Shown here one piece after another: positions 13,533-27,230 of a stretch of 64,000 bases of DNA; position 1 is the stretch's first letter, and each line of letters begins with the position of its first letter. The translations under genes were made by a program, and so were the position numbers. Below the pieces are notes generated by a model. It was not told where the DNA came from and did not search any database. It worked only from the letters and a program-made list of their open reading frames with translations. This DNA comes from Eledone cirrhosa. Lineage: Eukaryota. The stretch lies in assembly GCA_964016885.1 (NCBI GenBank), contig OZ024747.1:48980001-49044000 (forward strand), in the 5' to 3' direction.

Positions 13533-13727
13533 CGAGGGAAAAGTGGTAAGGAACCAGGTGGACCATAACGCACCAACGTACTCAATACTTAGGGTAGTAG
13601 AGTGGGTTATAGGAGTAAGTAAGACCCCGACGGCTGAGCTCAAGCCGTTAAGCCGTTTCGACGGCTAATTCTGTACAGAATTAGCCGTCGAAACGGCTTG
13701 AGCTCAGCCGTCGGGGTCTTACTTACT

Positions 13728-13733
<6 letters not shown>
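13530..13733 (-). mobile_element. Family F copy ending in a near-perfect palindrome (13608-13733)
   Basis: aggagtaagtaagaccccgacggctgagctcaagccgtt...tcgacggctaattctgtacagaattagccgtcgaaacggcttgagctcagccgtcggggtcttacttactcct. Confidence 0.85.
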
Positions 13734-13776
<43 letters not shown>

Positions 13777-13819
13777 GGCTTTTTGCTACAATATTTTCTA
13801 TACCTTTCATTTATATATA

Positions 13820-14163
13820 TATATCAACTAGAAATTGATTGACATATATATATATTTAAAATAAACACATGAAACAATCACAGGGGATAATTTGTAAAGT
13901 GTGTAATCACACATAGTTAGGTAGGTAACTAATTAAAGTTTAACTAGAGCTTCGATTAATGATTTTTTAAAAGGTAATATTTGAAGCTCTAGTTAAACTT
14001 TAATTAGTTACCTACCTAGCCCCGTGTGATTACACATTTTACAAATTATCCCCTGTGATTGTTTCATGTGTTTATTTTAAATATATATATATGTATATAT
14101 ATACATAACCATAAATAGTATAATTAATACTATATATATGTCAATCAATTTCTAGTTGATATA
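13820..14163. repeat. Nested fold-back inverted repeat
   Basis: Outer arms atatcaactagaaattgattgacat / atgtcaatcaatttctagttgatat; inner ~100-bp arms 13852-13954 and 13981-14084. Confidence 0.9.
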
Positions 14164-14331
14164 AAATTCTCGGATCTATTCATTGGAATCTTTGAGCATA
14201 TTCTACGGTGGATATGGCGCATGTCTCGGACATGACTCCCTTAATTTAATTTGATTAAATTAATTTTGGATATATACATATATATATATTTAATATATAT
14301 ACATATATATATATTTATCTGTGTGTGTATT

Positions 14332-14447
<116 letters not shown>

Positions 14448-14568
14448 AATCTACCAAAATATACGGTAGTGTCCAAGCCGTATGAAGAACTCAATGTAAT
14501 CCAAATATCATGAACAGAGATGTATTCAAAAATGTTTTCGATGAAAATCACAGGAAAACAGAGTCAAG

Positions 14569-14938
14569 ATAAATTAATAAAAACAATGAATAAAAACAAA
14601 GAAACAGTTCCTTATTTAAAAAATTCATCATTTTACGATCGTTTCTAGGATATATATGTGTGTGTTGGTATGTATATCATATAGATCTATGTAAAAATTT
14701 TACAAACTATCAGAGGGAATATACATACCTACACATATATATGCTGTCTTCAGAAATAATTCTGAAGACAGCATATATATGTGTAGGTATTATATTCCCT
14801 CTGATAGTTTGTAAAACTTTTACATAGATCTATATGATATACATACCAACACACACATATATATCCTAGAAACGATCGTAAAATGATGAATTTTTTAAAT
14901 AAGGAACTGTTTCTTTGTTTTTATTCATTGTTTTATTA

Positions 14939-14944
<6 letters not shown>
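14569..14944. repeat. Near-perfect ~375-bp palindrome
   Basis: Arms meet at gctgtcttcagaa-ataa-ttctgaagacagc; ends at (TA)n. Confidence 0.92.
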
Positions 14945-14979
<35 letters not shown>

Positions 14980-14985
<6 letters not shown>

Positions 14986-15110
14986 AATAAGAAAACAAGG
15001 ACGATTGGTTACTCCTTCATTACGTTTATTGGTTGGTGAGGCGCGTTTCGTCACCAACCAATAAATATAATGAAGGAGTAACCAATTGTCCTTGTTATCT
15101 TATTTAACTA
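14980..15110. repeat. Fold-back inverted repeat turning at gcgcgtttcg
   Basis: ~60-bp arms; the left arm is homologous to 63579-63631. Confidence 0.88.
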
Positions 15111-15212
15111 AAATACACTCTGTCCAGCTCTACACCACGGCACTGAAGTGAACCTAGAGTAACTTCAAGTTACACTCCCTGGATATATATATATATATAT
15201 ATATATAATGAT

Positions 15213-16449
15213 CTAGTTGTGTAGTGTATAGTAGCATGTATTACTAGTTGTGTAGTGTATAGTAGCATGTATTACTAGTTGTGTAGTGTATAGTAGCATG
15301 TATTACGAGTTGTGTAGTGTATAGTAGCATGTATTACTAGTTGTGTAGTGTATAGTAGCATGTATTACTAGTTGTGTAGTGTATAGTAGCATGTATTAGT
15401 AGTTGTGTAGTGTATAGTAGCATGTATTACTAGTTGTGTAGTGTATAGTAGCATGTATTACTAGTTGTGTAGTGTATAGTAGCATGTATTACGAGTTGTG
15501 TAGTGTATAGTAGCATGTATTACGAGTTGTGTAGTGTATAGTAGCATGTATTACTAGTTGTGTAGTGTATAGTAGCATGTATTACTAGTTGTGTAGTGTA
15601 TAGTAGCATGTATTACTAGTTGTGTAGTGTATAGTAGCATGTATTAGTAGTTGTGTAGTGTATAGTAGCATGTATTACTAGTTGTGTAGTGTATAGTAGC
15701 ATGTATTACGAGTTGTGTAGTGTATAGTAGCATGTATTACTAGTTGTGTAGTGTATAGTAGCATGTATTACGAGTTGTGTAGTGTATAGTAGCATGTATT
15801 ACTAGTTGTGTAGTGTATAGTAGCATGTATTACTAGTTGTGTAGTGTATAGTAGCATGTATTACTAGTTGTGTAGTGTATAGTAGCATGTATTACTAGTT
15901 GTGTAGTGTATAGTAGCATGTATTACTAGTTGTGTAGTGTATAGTAGCATGTATTACTAGTTGTGTAGTGTATAGTAGCATGTATTACTAATTGTGTAGT
16001 GTATAGTAGCATGTATTACTAGTTGTGTAGTGTATAGTAGCATGTATTACGAGTTGTGTAGTGTATAGTAGCATGTATTAGTAGTTGTGTAGTGTATAGT
16101 AGCATGTATTACTAGTTGTGTAGTGTATAGTAGCATGTATTACGAGTTGTGTAGTGTATAGTAGCATGTATTACTAGTTGTGTAGTGTATAGTAGCATGT
16201 ATTACTAGTTGTGTAGTGTATAGTAGCATGTATTACGAGTTGTGTAGTGTATAGTAGCATGTATTACTAGTTGTGTAGTGTATAGTAGCATGTATTACTA
16301 GTTGTGTAGTGTATAGTAGCATGTATTACTAGTTGTGTAGTGTATAGTAGCATGTATTACTAGTTGTGTAGTGTATAGTAGCATGTATTAGTAGTTGTGT
16401 AGTGTATAGTAGCATGTATTAGTAGTTGTGTAGTGTATAGTAGCATGTA
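15213..16449. repeat. 31-bp minisatellite, ~40 copies
   Basis: Unit ctagttgtgtagtgtatagtagcatgtatta, with cgag/gtag variants. Confidence 0.97.
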
Positions 16450-16724
16450 CAAACATTATCTGATACAGACCTGAATATTTAAAGCACTGAGATAATCTAT
16501 GTCATTGCGCACATACATACTACATACAATATGGAAAAGAAAGCAAAGGTATTAAGCATATATAGCATAATCTGACAAAGATATCACAAACTATATGTGT
16601 AATACGATGAACATATTAAGCCGTCAGGAATGCATGTGTAGAATATTAGGTGAAAATTGTGAAGTAACTTGTGTATGTTTGGTAATCTCTCTCTTGGTGT
16701 TATATCAGGTGAAATAATGGTATT

Positions 16725-17780
16725 TTACTACATACATATATACATACTACATATATATATACATATTACATACATTTATACATACTACATATTTATATAC
16801 ATACTACATACATATATATACATACTACATATATACATACTACATACATTTATACATACTACATATTTATATACATACTACATACATATATATACATACT
16901 ACATACATATATACATACTACATACATTTATACATACTACATACATATATACATACTACATACATATATATACATACTGCATACATATATACATACTACA
17001 TACATATATATATATACATACATTTATACATACTACATAAATATATATACATACTACCTACATTTATATACATACTGCATATATACATACTACATACATA
17101 TATATACTACATATATACATACTACATACATATATATACATACTACATACATATATACTACATACATATACATATATACATACATACATACATATATACA
17201 TACTACATATATATATATACATACTACATGCATACATACATACATATATATATATACATACTACATGCATACATATATACTACATACATATATACATACT
17301 ACATACATATATACATACTATATATATACATACATACTACATACATATATACAAAATATATACATATATACATACTACATACATATATACATACATACAT
17401 ATATACGTACTACATACATATATACATACTACATACATATATACATACTACATACATATATACATACATATATACATACATATATACATACTACATGCAT
17501 ACTACATACATATATACATACATACATACTACATAACTATATACATACATACATATATACATACTACATACATACTACATCCATACCTATATACATACAT
17601 ATATATATATACTACATACATATATACATACATACCTATATACATACATACATATATACATACTACATATATATATATACATACTACATACATATATACA
17701 TACTACATACATGCATACATACATACATACATACATACATACATACATACATACATACATACATACATACATACATACAT
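16725..17780. repeat. Degenerate (CATA)n/(TA)n/catacta low-complexity array
   Basis: Seen directly. Confidence 0.92.
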
Positions 17781-18135
17781 GATGGCTGCCCCCTCGTTAT
17801 CGAGTATGGCCATTGCACGATATACCATTATTAATAATTATCAATTAATTCTATCGTGCAATGCCTGTGCGTGAAGATATTTGTTAAAGTATGGAAAGAC
17901 CGTGCACTGAGCCAATCCCACTCTCTGAGCGACAGTAGCTATAACCCGAAAAGAAGAAAAGATCAACATCATCGGTAACTACTGAGCCGCTGGTTTTATA
18001 TCGGAGTTATCCCAGTTTCCTGAGTTGCCTTCTCCTAGAAGAATGCCCTGACAAAGGCTAGGGGTCCTTCACTCCCAGTGGTTTAACTGCGGGATCGGGT
18101 ATCCAGCCCGATTATTTCTATGTCACCGCGCATAT
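17778..18135 (-). mobile_element. RTE-derived non-autonomous element, family A
   Basis: Ends in the RTE-type 3' tail GGCCATACTCGATAACGAGGGGGCAGCCATC-(ATGT)n, also seen at 36080-36120. Near-identical to 19402-19757. Confidence 0.7.
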
Positions 18136-18161
18136 ATACACATATGCATACATATATATGC

Positions 18162-18500
18162 TTTGACCCCACTCGGTCACCAATGACCATGGTTTTGCAC
18201 CTACAAAGTTTCCCTCCAAGGCACAAGCCTGGGCAAGGTTTGTTTTGTGGAAGACCAGCAGTCGCCCATGTATACCAGTCTCCCCTCTCCACGCCACCGA
18301 TGTTGTCCAAGGGAAAGGCAATGGCCGATACAACTTGGCACCAGCGACGTCGCAACTCATTTCTACAGCTGAGTAAACTGGAGCAACGTGAAATAAAGTG
18401 TCTTGCTCAAGGACATAAGGCATCACACGGTCCGAGAATCGAACTCACAACCTCTCAATTGCAAGCCCAATGCTCTAGCCACTAAGCCATGCGCCTTCAC
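18162..18500 (-). mobile_element. tRNA-derived SINE, family S3
   Basis: Head GTGAAGGCGCATGGCTTAGTGGCTAGAGC...GAGTTCGATTCTC (A/B boxes), then ccttgagcaagacacttt. A deleted copy lies at 33617-33830. Confidence 0.8.
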
Positions 18501-18569
18501 TATACATATATACACGCACATATATATATATACATACACATGCATACATGCATATACATATTTACACAT

Positions 18570-19250
18570 TATTGGAGGGCCGTTGACTCTCATCAGTTCT
18601 TCCGCCCTTTGTCAGGATTTGGTTTTCGTCCTGCAGCGTGTCCAAAATCACCCTCCTAACCAAGTAAACTTGGTGGACTTGCCGGTTTAGTCGTCGACGA
18701 CCCGACCATGCGACAGGTTGTACTGGGTTACATGTTACCAGTAGCACCCAAGAGTGACCCGACATAACATATATACATACATACGTACATGGTGGATGCA
18801 AACTCTGGTAAGAGTATTGCAATCGATTGTCAGATTATAGAGTTTGGTGCACTTTTAGGCTACGGCCAGCCACCTGCTATGCCTGTGCTTTGACGGTTTT
18901 TTAAGTGGGGAAAGGCCTTGCACTCCACCAATCCCACACTGAGCATTGAAAACACTACCCGAAAAGGAGAATTGGTCAATATCATCGGATGCTTCCGAAG
19001 CCGCAGGTTTTTTTTTCAGAGTTTCCCTCTCTTAGAAAGGTGTTGTGAAAACAACTGGGGGGGGGGGGGGGGGGGGGTCACTCCCAAGTAAAAAAAAACA
19101 AAAAAACTATTTAGATGGCCGTTGACTCTGCTGAATTCCTCCGCTCTTTGCCAGGTCTTGTATTTCATCCCATAGGGTGTCCAAATATCACCCTCCTCAC
19201 CAAGCTAGCTTGGTGGGGTTGCCGGTTTAGTCGCCGCTAACCCGACCATA
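18570..19250 (-). mobile_element. Cluster of RTE-type 5'-end/non-autonomous fragments
   Basis: Blocks ggccgttgactc...ccctttg...tccaaaatcaccctcct...gccggtttagtcg recur at 18570-18765, 19110-19250, 19830-19912, 31865-32060 and 49050-49090. Confidence 0.6.
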
Positions 19251-19401
19251 TAAACATACATACACGCATGCACACATACATACATACATACATACATACA
19301 TACATACATACATACATACATACATACATACATACATACATACATACATACAAATATAGATACACACATATACAGACATACACACATACATATATATATA
19401 C

Positions 19402-19757
19402 ATGATGGCTGCCCCCTCGTTATCGAGTATGGCCATTGCACGATATAACATTATTAATAATTATCAATTAATTCTATCGTGCAATGCCTGTGCGTGAAGA
19501 TTTTTTTTAAAGTGAGGAAAGACTGTGCACTGAGCCAATCCCACTCTCTGAGTGACATTAGCTATAACCCGAAAAGAAGAAAAGATCAACATCATCGGTA
19601 ACTACTGAGCTGCAGGTTTTATATCGGAGTTATCCCAGTTTCCTGAGTTACCTTCTCCTAGAAGAATGCCGTGACAAAGGCTAAGGGTCCTTCACTCCCA
19701 GTGGTTTAACCACGCGATCGGGGTGTCCAGCCTGACTATTTCTATGTCCCCGCGCAT
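19402..19757 (-). mobile_element. RTE-derived non-autonomous element, family A
   Basis: Near-identical to 17778-18135. Confidence 0.7.
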
Positions 19758-19987
19758 ATAAATACACATGCGCCCATGTATATACATATACATACATATG
19801 TACATATGTATATACATATTTACACACTTTCGGATGGCCGTTGACTCTTAGGAGTTCTTCCGCCCTTTGTCAGGTTTTGTTTTTTGTCCTGCAGGGTGTC
19901 CAAAATCACCCTATACATACATACATACGAGTACATACATACATACGAATACATACATACATACATACATACATACATACATACATA

Positions 19988-20330
19988 CATACATACATAC
20001 ATACATACATGGTGGCTGCCAACTCGTTTTCGAGTACGGCCACTACTTTATATCCATGTAGGAGAACCCCTACTGATGCGCTGAACGAGTGTGACTTTTT
20101 AGTCCAGCCAGCGACTTGAAAACTCTGGTACAAACACTACACTTGTGACAATTATTGACACATAGTGCTGGGCCCATGGTACCATGTGACGACAAGTGCA
20201 AAGAGATCTCAAGATATAAAGCAATGCCTGTGCCGTGAAGCTTTTATAGTGAGCAAAGGCACTGCACAAAGCCAGTCCCACTCTCTTAACCAAGAGGATA
20301 TTTACCAAAAAGAAGAACAGCATGGCTGAA
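19988..20330 (-). mobile_element. RTE-derived non-autonomous element, family B (truncated)
   Basis: atggtggctgccaactcgttttcgagtacggcc terminus embedded in (CATA)n; shared with the copies at 20806, 31457 and 34651. Confidence 0.7.
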
Positions 20331-20399
20331 CACATACATACATACATACATACATACATACATACATACATACATACATACATACATACATACATACAT

Positions 20400-20785
20400 G
20401 TGATTATTGGGGCACTGGGGTATGTTAGTAACTGCCATAATACAAATCTTGAGAAGCTAGGCTTCCAGAGACCGAAAGAATACGACTAGTTAGGAAATTA
20501 CAAGTACAATCCATTAATGGAACAGTAAAACATCCCAAACATGTTTCATCTAATAACTGCATATACACATGTACAGATACAAAGCATATGCACATGCACA
20601 CATATGACTCAAAACATACACATCCTCACATACAATAACATTTATACCTGCACACATGCATGTAGACATGCATACATATCTATCTAGTTGATGTTGTGTA
20701 AATTCCAATGAGAGTCGTGTGTCTATGTTAGAAACAGATTCTTTCTCTATTGGTAAACATTTGTGAAATTATAAAACCAGAAGAA
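20400..20785 (+). mobile_element. Short 3'-end derivative of the R4/Dong-like LINE
   Basis: Matches 24303-24681; flanked by (CATA)n. Confidence 0.8.
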
Positions 20786-20805
20786 CATACATAGATACAT
20801 ACTTA

Positions 20806-21266
20806 TATGGTGGCTGCCAACTCGTTTTCGAGTACGGCCACTACTTTATAGCCATGTAGGAGAACCCCTACCGATGCGCTGAACGAGTGTGACTTATTAG
20901 TCCAGCCAGCGACTTGAAAACTCTGGTACAAACACTACACTTGTGACAATTATTGACACATAATGCTGGGCCCATGGTACCATGTGACGACAAGTGCAGA
21001 GACATATCCAGATATAAAGCAATGCCGGTGCCGTGAAGCTTTTATAGTGAGCAAAGGCACTGCACAAAGCCAGTACCACTCTCTTAACCAAGATGATATT
21101 TACCAAAAAGAAGAACAAGTCAACATCATTGGATACCATCAGGGTTGCAGGTGTTATATCAGAGTTTTCCTTCTCCTAGAATTCTGCCTTGACAAAGGCT
21201 AAGGGGTCATCTCTCCCGGTGATTTTGGATGGCCATTGACTCTTAAGAGCTCCTTTGCCCTTTGAC
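20806..21266 (-). mobile_element. RTE-derived non-autonomous element, family B
   Basis: Same family as 19988-20330, extending further. Confidence 0.7.
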
Positions 21267-21280
21267 ATACATACATACAT

Positions 21281-24200
21281 GGTCAGTCAGTCAACGCGAT
21301 CAGACGCATATTTTGGCGTGGGAGACTATTTATTAAATTTAAGATGAATACTATCTCCGACAGTAATGCCACAACTAAAGTTTTATTGAATAACTGATTA
21401 ATCTTCTAACTATATCTACTGAAGACTCCTTTTATTCGAATTCGTAGAGATATACGACTAAATACATAATTCATTTTACAAGGATTTGCTCAAACAGCAT
21501 GGCTGAACACAACATCAACAACAACAATATGAGTGGAATACCGAAGAAAAACGAGAAAGGTAAACAAAATTTATTCAGTTGTAGCTACAGAAGAAACCGA
21601 AATTATAAATCGCATTTCTCTTGGAGTTACGAACTTTATGATGATTTATTCAATTGTTATAAAATGGCTAAAAACAATCCCTCCATTGGCTATATGAACA
21701 GAATGAAACTACACTGGGACGAAATGCATCCAGTGGTAAATCACTTCACAGCGAAACAATTACGCCAGCAAGCGACGTTTGTTGAACGTAAAAATAAGAT
21801 AAATATTATTAATTGTAAGTCCCCCAAAATAAACATGGAATCAACAACACGTGCTACAGATCGCCATGCTACTAGACTTCCTAACAGCCAGGTCGAACAG
21901 TGCCTTGAAACAACTATGCCTGTAAGAAACTTAACACCACCTGTACCATCTAAGTCTATCTCGAATGCTGGGGAAACACTATTGATAATAATAATCGAAA
22001 AAATAATAATAATAATAATCGAAGAAATTTGACACCACGTGTACCATCCGAGTCTACCTCGACTATTGTGGAAAATACTATCGATAAGGATAATAATCAA
22101 AAGTATAAACAATTGAAAACTTCCCTCAACGAAATCTTCCAGAGAGAAATTAATTCATGTATAAATATTTCTCTTGCTGAACGTATTAAAACAACAATAT
22201 TTAATAAAAGACAGAATAATGAAATATTACGTCTTATTGACGAAATAGGGGATGATTATTTACGACGGATAAAAACTCCAACATTTTGGCAAATCGACGC
22301 CTGTTTATATCCCTTAACAACGACAGTGAAGCATTATCTTGGTGATAGCAAGAACAAAACACCACCAAAAATACCATCATATATAACTAAAATAGAAAAA
22401 AAAGATTGCTGACCTACGAAAAACCATAGGATATGTGACAATGCTCCTTACATTCCAAACAAACACAAAAAAACCTCACTCCTCACCTAGTGAAAGGGAT
22501 AAGGGGATGTGCTGAACAACTCGTAATCAACAAAACTGCGATGTCGGAGGTGCGACAACTTAGGAGGAATATGGCTACAGTCTGGCTGGACTACAGGAAA
22601 GCTTTCGATTCTGTTCCCTACTCTTGGATGATAGAGGCCCTCCGACTTGCTAAAGTCCCAGACATTATTATCAGAGCCATAGAGATGTCTTCTTCTTGGG
22701 TTACTATCCTAAAGTTAAAGACAGAGAAGGAGGACTCTATTTTCACTGATAAAATAGAATATCGCAGGGGTATATTTCAGGGAGACAGTCTCTGTGATAT
22801 TATTCATCCTGTCATTAAACCCCTTGTCCTTTCTGCTCAAGAAATGTGAAGGATACATCATTGGCTCAAAGGAGGACAGAAATACGAACCTAACCCACCA
22901 TTTCTTTGCGGATAACTGAAACTCTATGCCAAGAACATAGATGGGATGAAGAAAAATCTTGACCTGGTTACAACGTTCTCAAAGGATATAGGAATGGAGT
23001 TTGGTCAAGATAAATGCTCATATATGACTGTAAAGCGGGGAAAAACAACAACCCAATCTAGCAACATTGTCATCAATGGCCTAACTGTTTCACCGATATC
23101 TGATGAGGACTGCTACAGATACCTGGAGATAGATGAGAACATATCCTATAATGGTATCTGTAATAAGGAATGCATAACCAGGGAATATTACACCTGATTA
23201 AGAAAAATATGGTCATCGGAACTCTCTGCGCAAAACAAAACAGTGTCTCACAATGTGTTTGCTGTGCCTGTCCTAACACCAACGTTTGGAATACTGGATT
23301 GGATGATAGACGAAATCCGAGCAGTTAATGTTAGAACTCGGAAAATACTAAACAACACTGGAAACTTCCTCATCAACAGTGACATAGACCGCCTTTACTT
23401 GAAACGTAAGCAGGGAGGCAGAGGCCTAACATCAGTCCAGACAGCATTTTAATGTCGCATCATATCCCTCCGACAACATCTACGAACCTCGAAGCATAGG
23501 AGCCCGTCTCTCGAGCAAATCTATCTGCATGAAACAGATAATATCATGAGAGTTGGGAAGGAACTCCTCGAGAGATATTCCCTGTGTGATAATCAAAAAC
23601 TCACACCCAGGGAAGTCGCTCAGCAGTATCGCAGTGAATTCATCGATGAAAAACTGCATGCTTATCAGCAAAATTCATGCATGGATATGTTGCCAGGAAG
23701 CTCCAGAGTGAGAGTAATATAGATAAGAAAAGTAGTCTATCTTGGACCAACAACTGCTATATTGGCTCCACTTTGAAGGATACGCTTTGGCAATCCAAGA
23801 ACAGGAAATTAACACGAAATACCTGATTCACAAAAGAGATAGGGATGCAAGCAAAACACCTAGATGTGATAACAAGTGCAGACTCTGCAGAATTAACATC
23901 GAAGATGCCACCCATGTCATCAACAGCTGTCCAAAGATATCATCGCGGTACTATATACCTATGAGGCATGATGTAGTTGCCAAAACACTGTACAATGCAA
24001 TCCGTAGAAAAAATAGCCCCAATAATAAACACATTAAAAGCTACAGCAATGTGGATGACATCCATATACATAATATGAAGGAGTACTGGTGGAATATTCC
24101 AGTAAAACCCCCAATAAAATGCAGGCATAACAGACCAGATACTATGATAGGGGACAGGGAAAAGAAAGCATGCACAGTAGTGGAAGTTAGCTGCCCAACA

Positions 24201-24681
24201 GATGCCAATATATCAAAGATTAGCGAAAAGGAGAATATTTATGCAGAACTGATGAGAAATCTGCAGATACTCCACCCTGATTACACCTTCAGATTTATGC
24301 CTGTGATTATTGGCGCACTGGGGTATGTTAGTAACTGCCTCAATACACATCTTGAGAAGCTGGGATTCACAAGAACAGAAAGAACACAACTAGTTAGGAA
24401 ATTACAAGTACAATCCATTAATGTTACAGTAAAAATATGTAAAACATTCCAAAAATTGTGCATCTAATAATTGTATATACACATGTACAGATACAAAGCA
24501 TATACACATGCACACATACAATAACATCCATATCTACACATGCATGCATGCATGCAGACATGCATACATATCTACCTAGTTGATGTTGCGTAAATTCCAA
24601 TGAGAGAGTCTTGTGTCTATGTTAGAAACCGACTCTCTCTCTCTATTGGTAAATATTTGTGAAATTATAAAACCAGAAGAA
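21281..24681 (+). mobile_element. R4/Dong-like non-LTR retrotransposon (RT + CCHC + RLE), frameshifted and internally deleted
   Basis: RT motifs KGIRGCAEQLVI, WLDYRKAFDSV, RGIFQGDSL, FADN; CRLCRINIEDATHVINSC, RHD, RPD...VEVSCP, KENIY, PVIIGALG. Bounded by (CATA)n on both sides. Confidence 0.92.
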
Positions 24682-26130
24682 CATACATACGTGCATAAAC
24701 AAATACATACATATATATGCGTACACAAACATATACATGGATAGCGTTGCTTTAGTTATTAAGTTATTTTCTCTCTGCTGTCACTTGTCATTGAATCAAC
24801 AATGTGTTAAATGTAGATGTTTCACACAGACCACTTTATTCTGAGAAAGGAAAGTGGGTAGCTTTCATGTCCAGTTCTACTTTATTTATTTCACTGTTTC
24901 TTTTACTCTTAGCTATTGTTATCGTAGAGCAAACCTGAGATCAAAGACATTCTAGCCACGTCCATCTCGTTGATTATTATATTTGATTTGATATTTTTTA
25001 TTTGTTTGCTTTTCCCCGACCGACATTACTTGGTGTGTGTGTAAACTGTTTAAAATGGAGTACAATGTATCTTTCCCTGTAATTCAAAGAGCCAATCTTG
25101 ACATAAACAATGTCAAGTTAAATCTCCATAAGAATTAGATTAAGGACATGAGTATTTTCGGAATGCTTAGCCACTTGCACGTTATTTTCACGTGGGTTGT
25201 TTGCATTGATCGAACAACTGAAGTGCTCCTTTTCGAAACCGACAGAAATCAATTCCATTAAGTGGAATATTTTGTTTCCGTGGCTGCACTATACTAGATT
25301 TCGTGAACTATTGTTAAACAATAAATGTAGATTGATTCCAGGAGCAGCAAATTATATTCTTTGTCTTCGAATGCCTTGCTCAAATCAATTATCTGAGATA
25401 TTTGGTAAAATTTGTTATTTTTCATATTTTCTGAAAGGCTCTAATTTAGTTATATTCAAAATATTCCTAATATAGCTATGATTATTTTCTATAATCATTG
25501 AACGCTTCCGGTAAAACGTATTTTCATTATTAAATTTTTTTTAGACTCTTAAGATTATTAATTGCTGTATCCTTTAGAAAGTTTGAAATAATGAGATGTT
25601 GTGCTACTTGAGTCAACCTTTCGAGGTTTTATCGAACTTTTTCAATATCTTTTATTGTAGTTTTGTTCAATAAAGTATTTTTATAGTTTATCAACACCAA
25701 AATAGTAATAGATAAATATGATTTGGCCTCAACTGTCTTGTAATTTCTACTTTTATTACAGCTTCCCATAGTTCCCATATCTATAGCTAAATAGATTATA
25801 ATCTATGTAGCTGTAGTTATGTCTATTGTGTAAAATGTTATAGGTTTTCCGTTATATCACAATGTAGCTTCTCTTCTCTTATTTATGTCGATTATCAAGC
25901 TTCCTCTGCAATATAATCTCAGTACAGTAATATAACCTATTATATCGTCATTCAGAGTCGAAACACTTGCTTGAGAGAGGTTTCTTCTGATATCCAGTTC
26001 TCCCGAGAGTTTCTTATCACTCATTCAATTCTTTTCTACAACATCTACCTTTAATACCGTTTATTTAAATAACGTTTTTTTTTTATTATTACAACCTCAT
26101 CCAATCTCTCATTTTTGTCTTATAGTCTAT

Positions 26131-26810
26131 TATCATCGGGTTCACATTACTCGGGTGTTTTCCACTCGCCAACCATCACAGACCTGCGTAGATTTCGGGA
26201 GGTCAGTAGCGCCACATCGGTGAAAGATTTTGCTGGATGGCCGATCCGTGTATATCTATATCATCATATCCAAAGGAGTATATCAATAATGACTTATTAC
26301 TTAGCTCACCAACGGTGTTCTGCAAAGCACATGCGCCGTCCTTAATGGCATCATGGATTCCAAAACGATTGCCTTACAATCTTTGATCACCATGCCCTTT
26401 TCAAGCGATATTCAGAATAGCCCGTAATATTCGGGTCTAGTAGTCATTAAAACTTGCCTTCGTATGTTTTGTGAATGTTCAGCTAGTGGGCCAGTATATA
26501 ACACTGATTCCACGGTGGCACGGAAGAAGCTTCTCTTAAAATCATTGATAGTGATGGGTTCTAGAAGCCATCAAGATCATCCCATATTTTTACGAGACGA
26601 ATTTTTACGTTTTATGTGGATGCAATATAGCTTTCAAAGTATGCACAGGAGTTCCCAGATTGTCAGTTATATAATACAACCTACTTTACTACCACATTCT
26701 CACACACTTTCTCTTCTATAATTTATACATATACTGACCTCCCGAAATCTACGCAGGTCTGTGATGGTTGGCGAGTGGAAAACACCCGAGTAATGTGAAC
26801 CCGATGATAA
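26131..26810. repeat. ~79-bp essentially perfect inverted repeats (26131-26208 / 26732-26810) enclosing an old LINE fragment
   Basis: ttatcatcgggttcacattactcggg...gggaggtcagta is mirrored. Confidence 0.88.
26210..26600 (-). pseudogene. Highly decayed RTE-like LINE RT C-terminal fragment
   Basis: Minus-strand pieces KRSFFRATVESVLY, LRAILNIA*KGH, RRMCFAEHRW, IIDILLW, IGHPAKSFTD. Confidence 0.6.
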
Positions 26811-27009
26811 TTGTTGGTAGTATGTAATATAACATACCTGTTTATTAAACCCTTATACTGCTTCACTTATATAGACCTGTTGAATAATATTTCTAGGTGT
26901 GTTTGTTGTACAATATAATATACATTTACTATCACATTCTCCACCAGTTTACTATCTGTATTATCTACCTGTACTGTTGTTGGTAGAGTGTAATATAACA
27001 TACAATTCT

Positions 27010-27230
27010 CACTAAATACTGGGGTCGAGCTTTACTTATATCTCTTTCTCACTTCCTCTTTCTCTTGAAGAAATTGACTGTGTTCAGACCTGGAGAGAGG
27101 AAGGGCTCTGTCAGGTTTCTAATACCTAAGACACACGGTAGCAACTTAACGATGTTATCAAGAGTTAAGGATCCATACAAACACACCTTACAATTTCTGG
27201 CCTTTGGTATTAAGTTAGAAATGTTGCCGT
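27010..27230 (+). repeat. Interspersed repeat shared with 63790-63980
   Basis: aatactggggtc...ctctttctcacttc...gaagaaat...tgtgttca...agagttaagg.tccataca occurs in both. Confidence 0.55.

Noticed and set aside
18420-18500. tRNA gene candidates at SINE heads (also 33760-33830, 41264, 53543)
   Set aside because: A/B boxes are present but they continue into SINE bodies, and no full cloverleaf could be formed.
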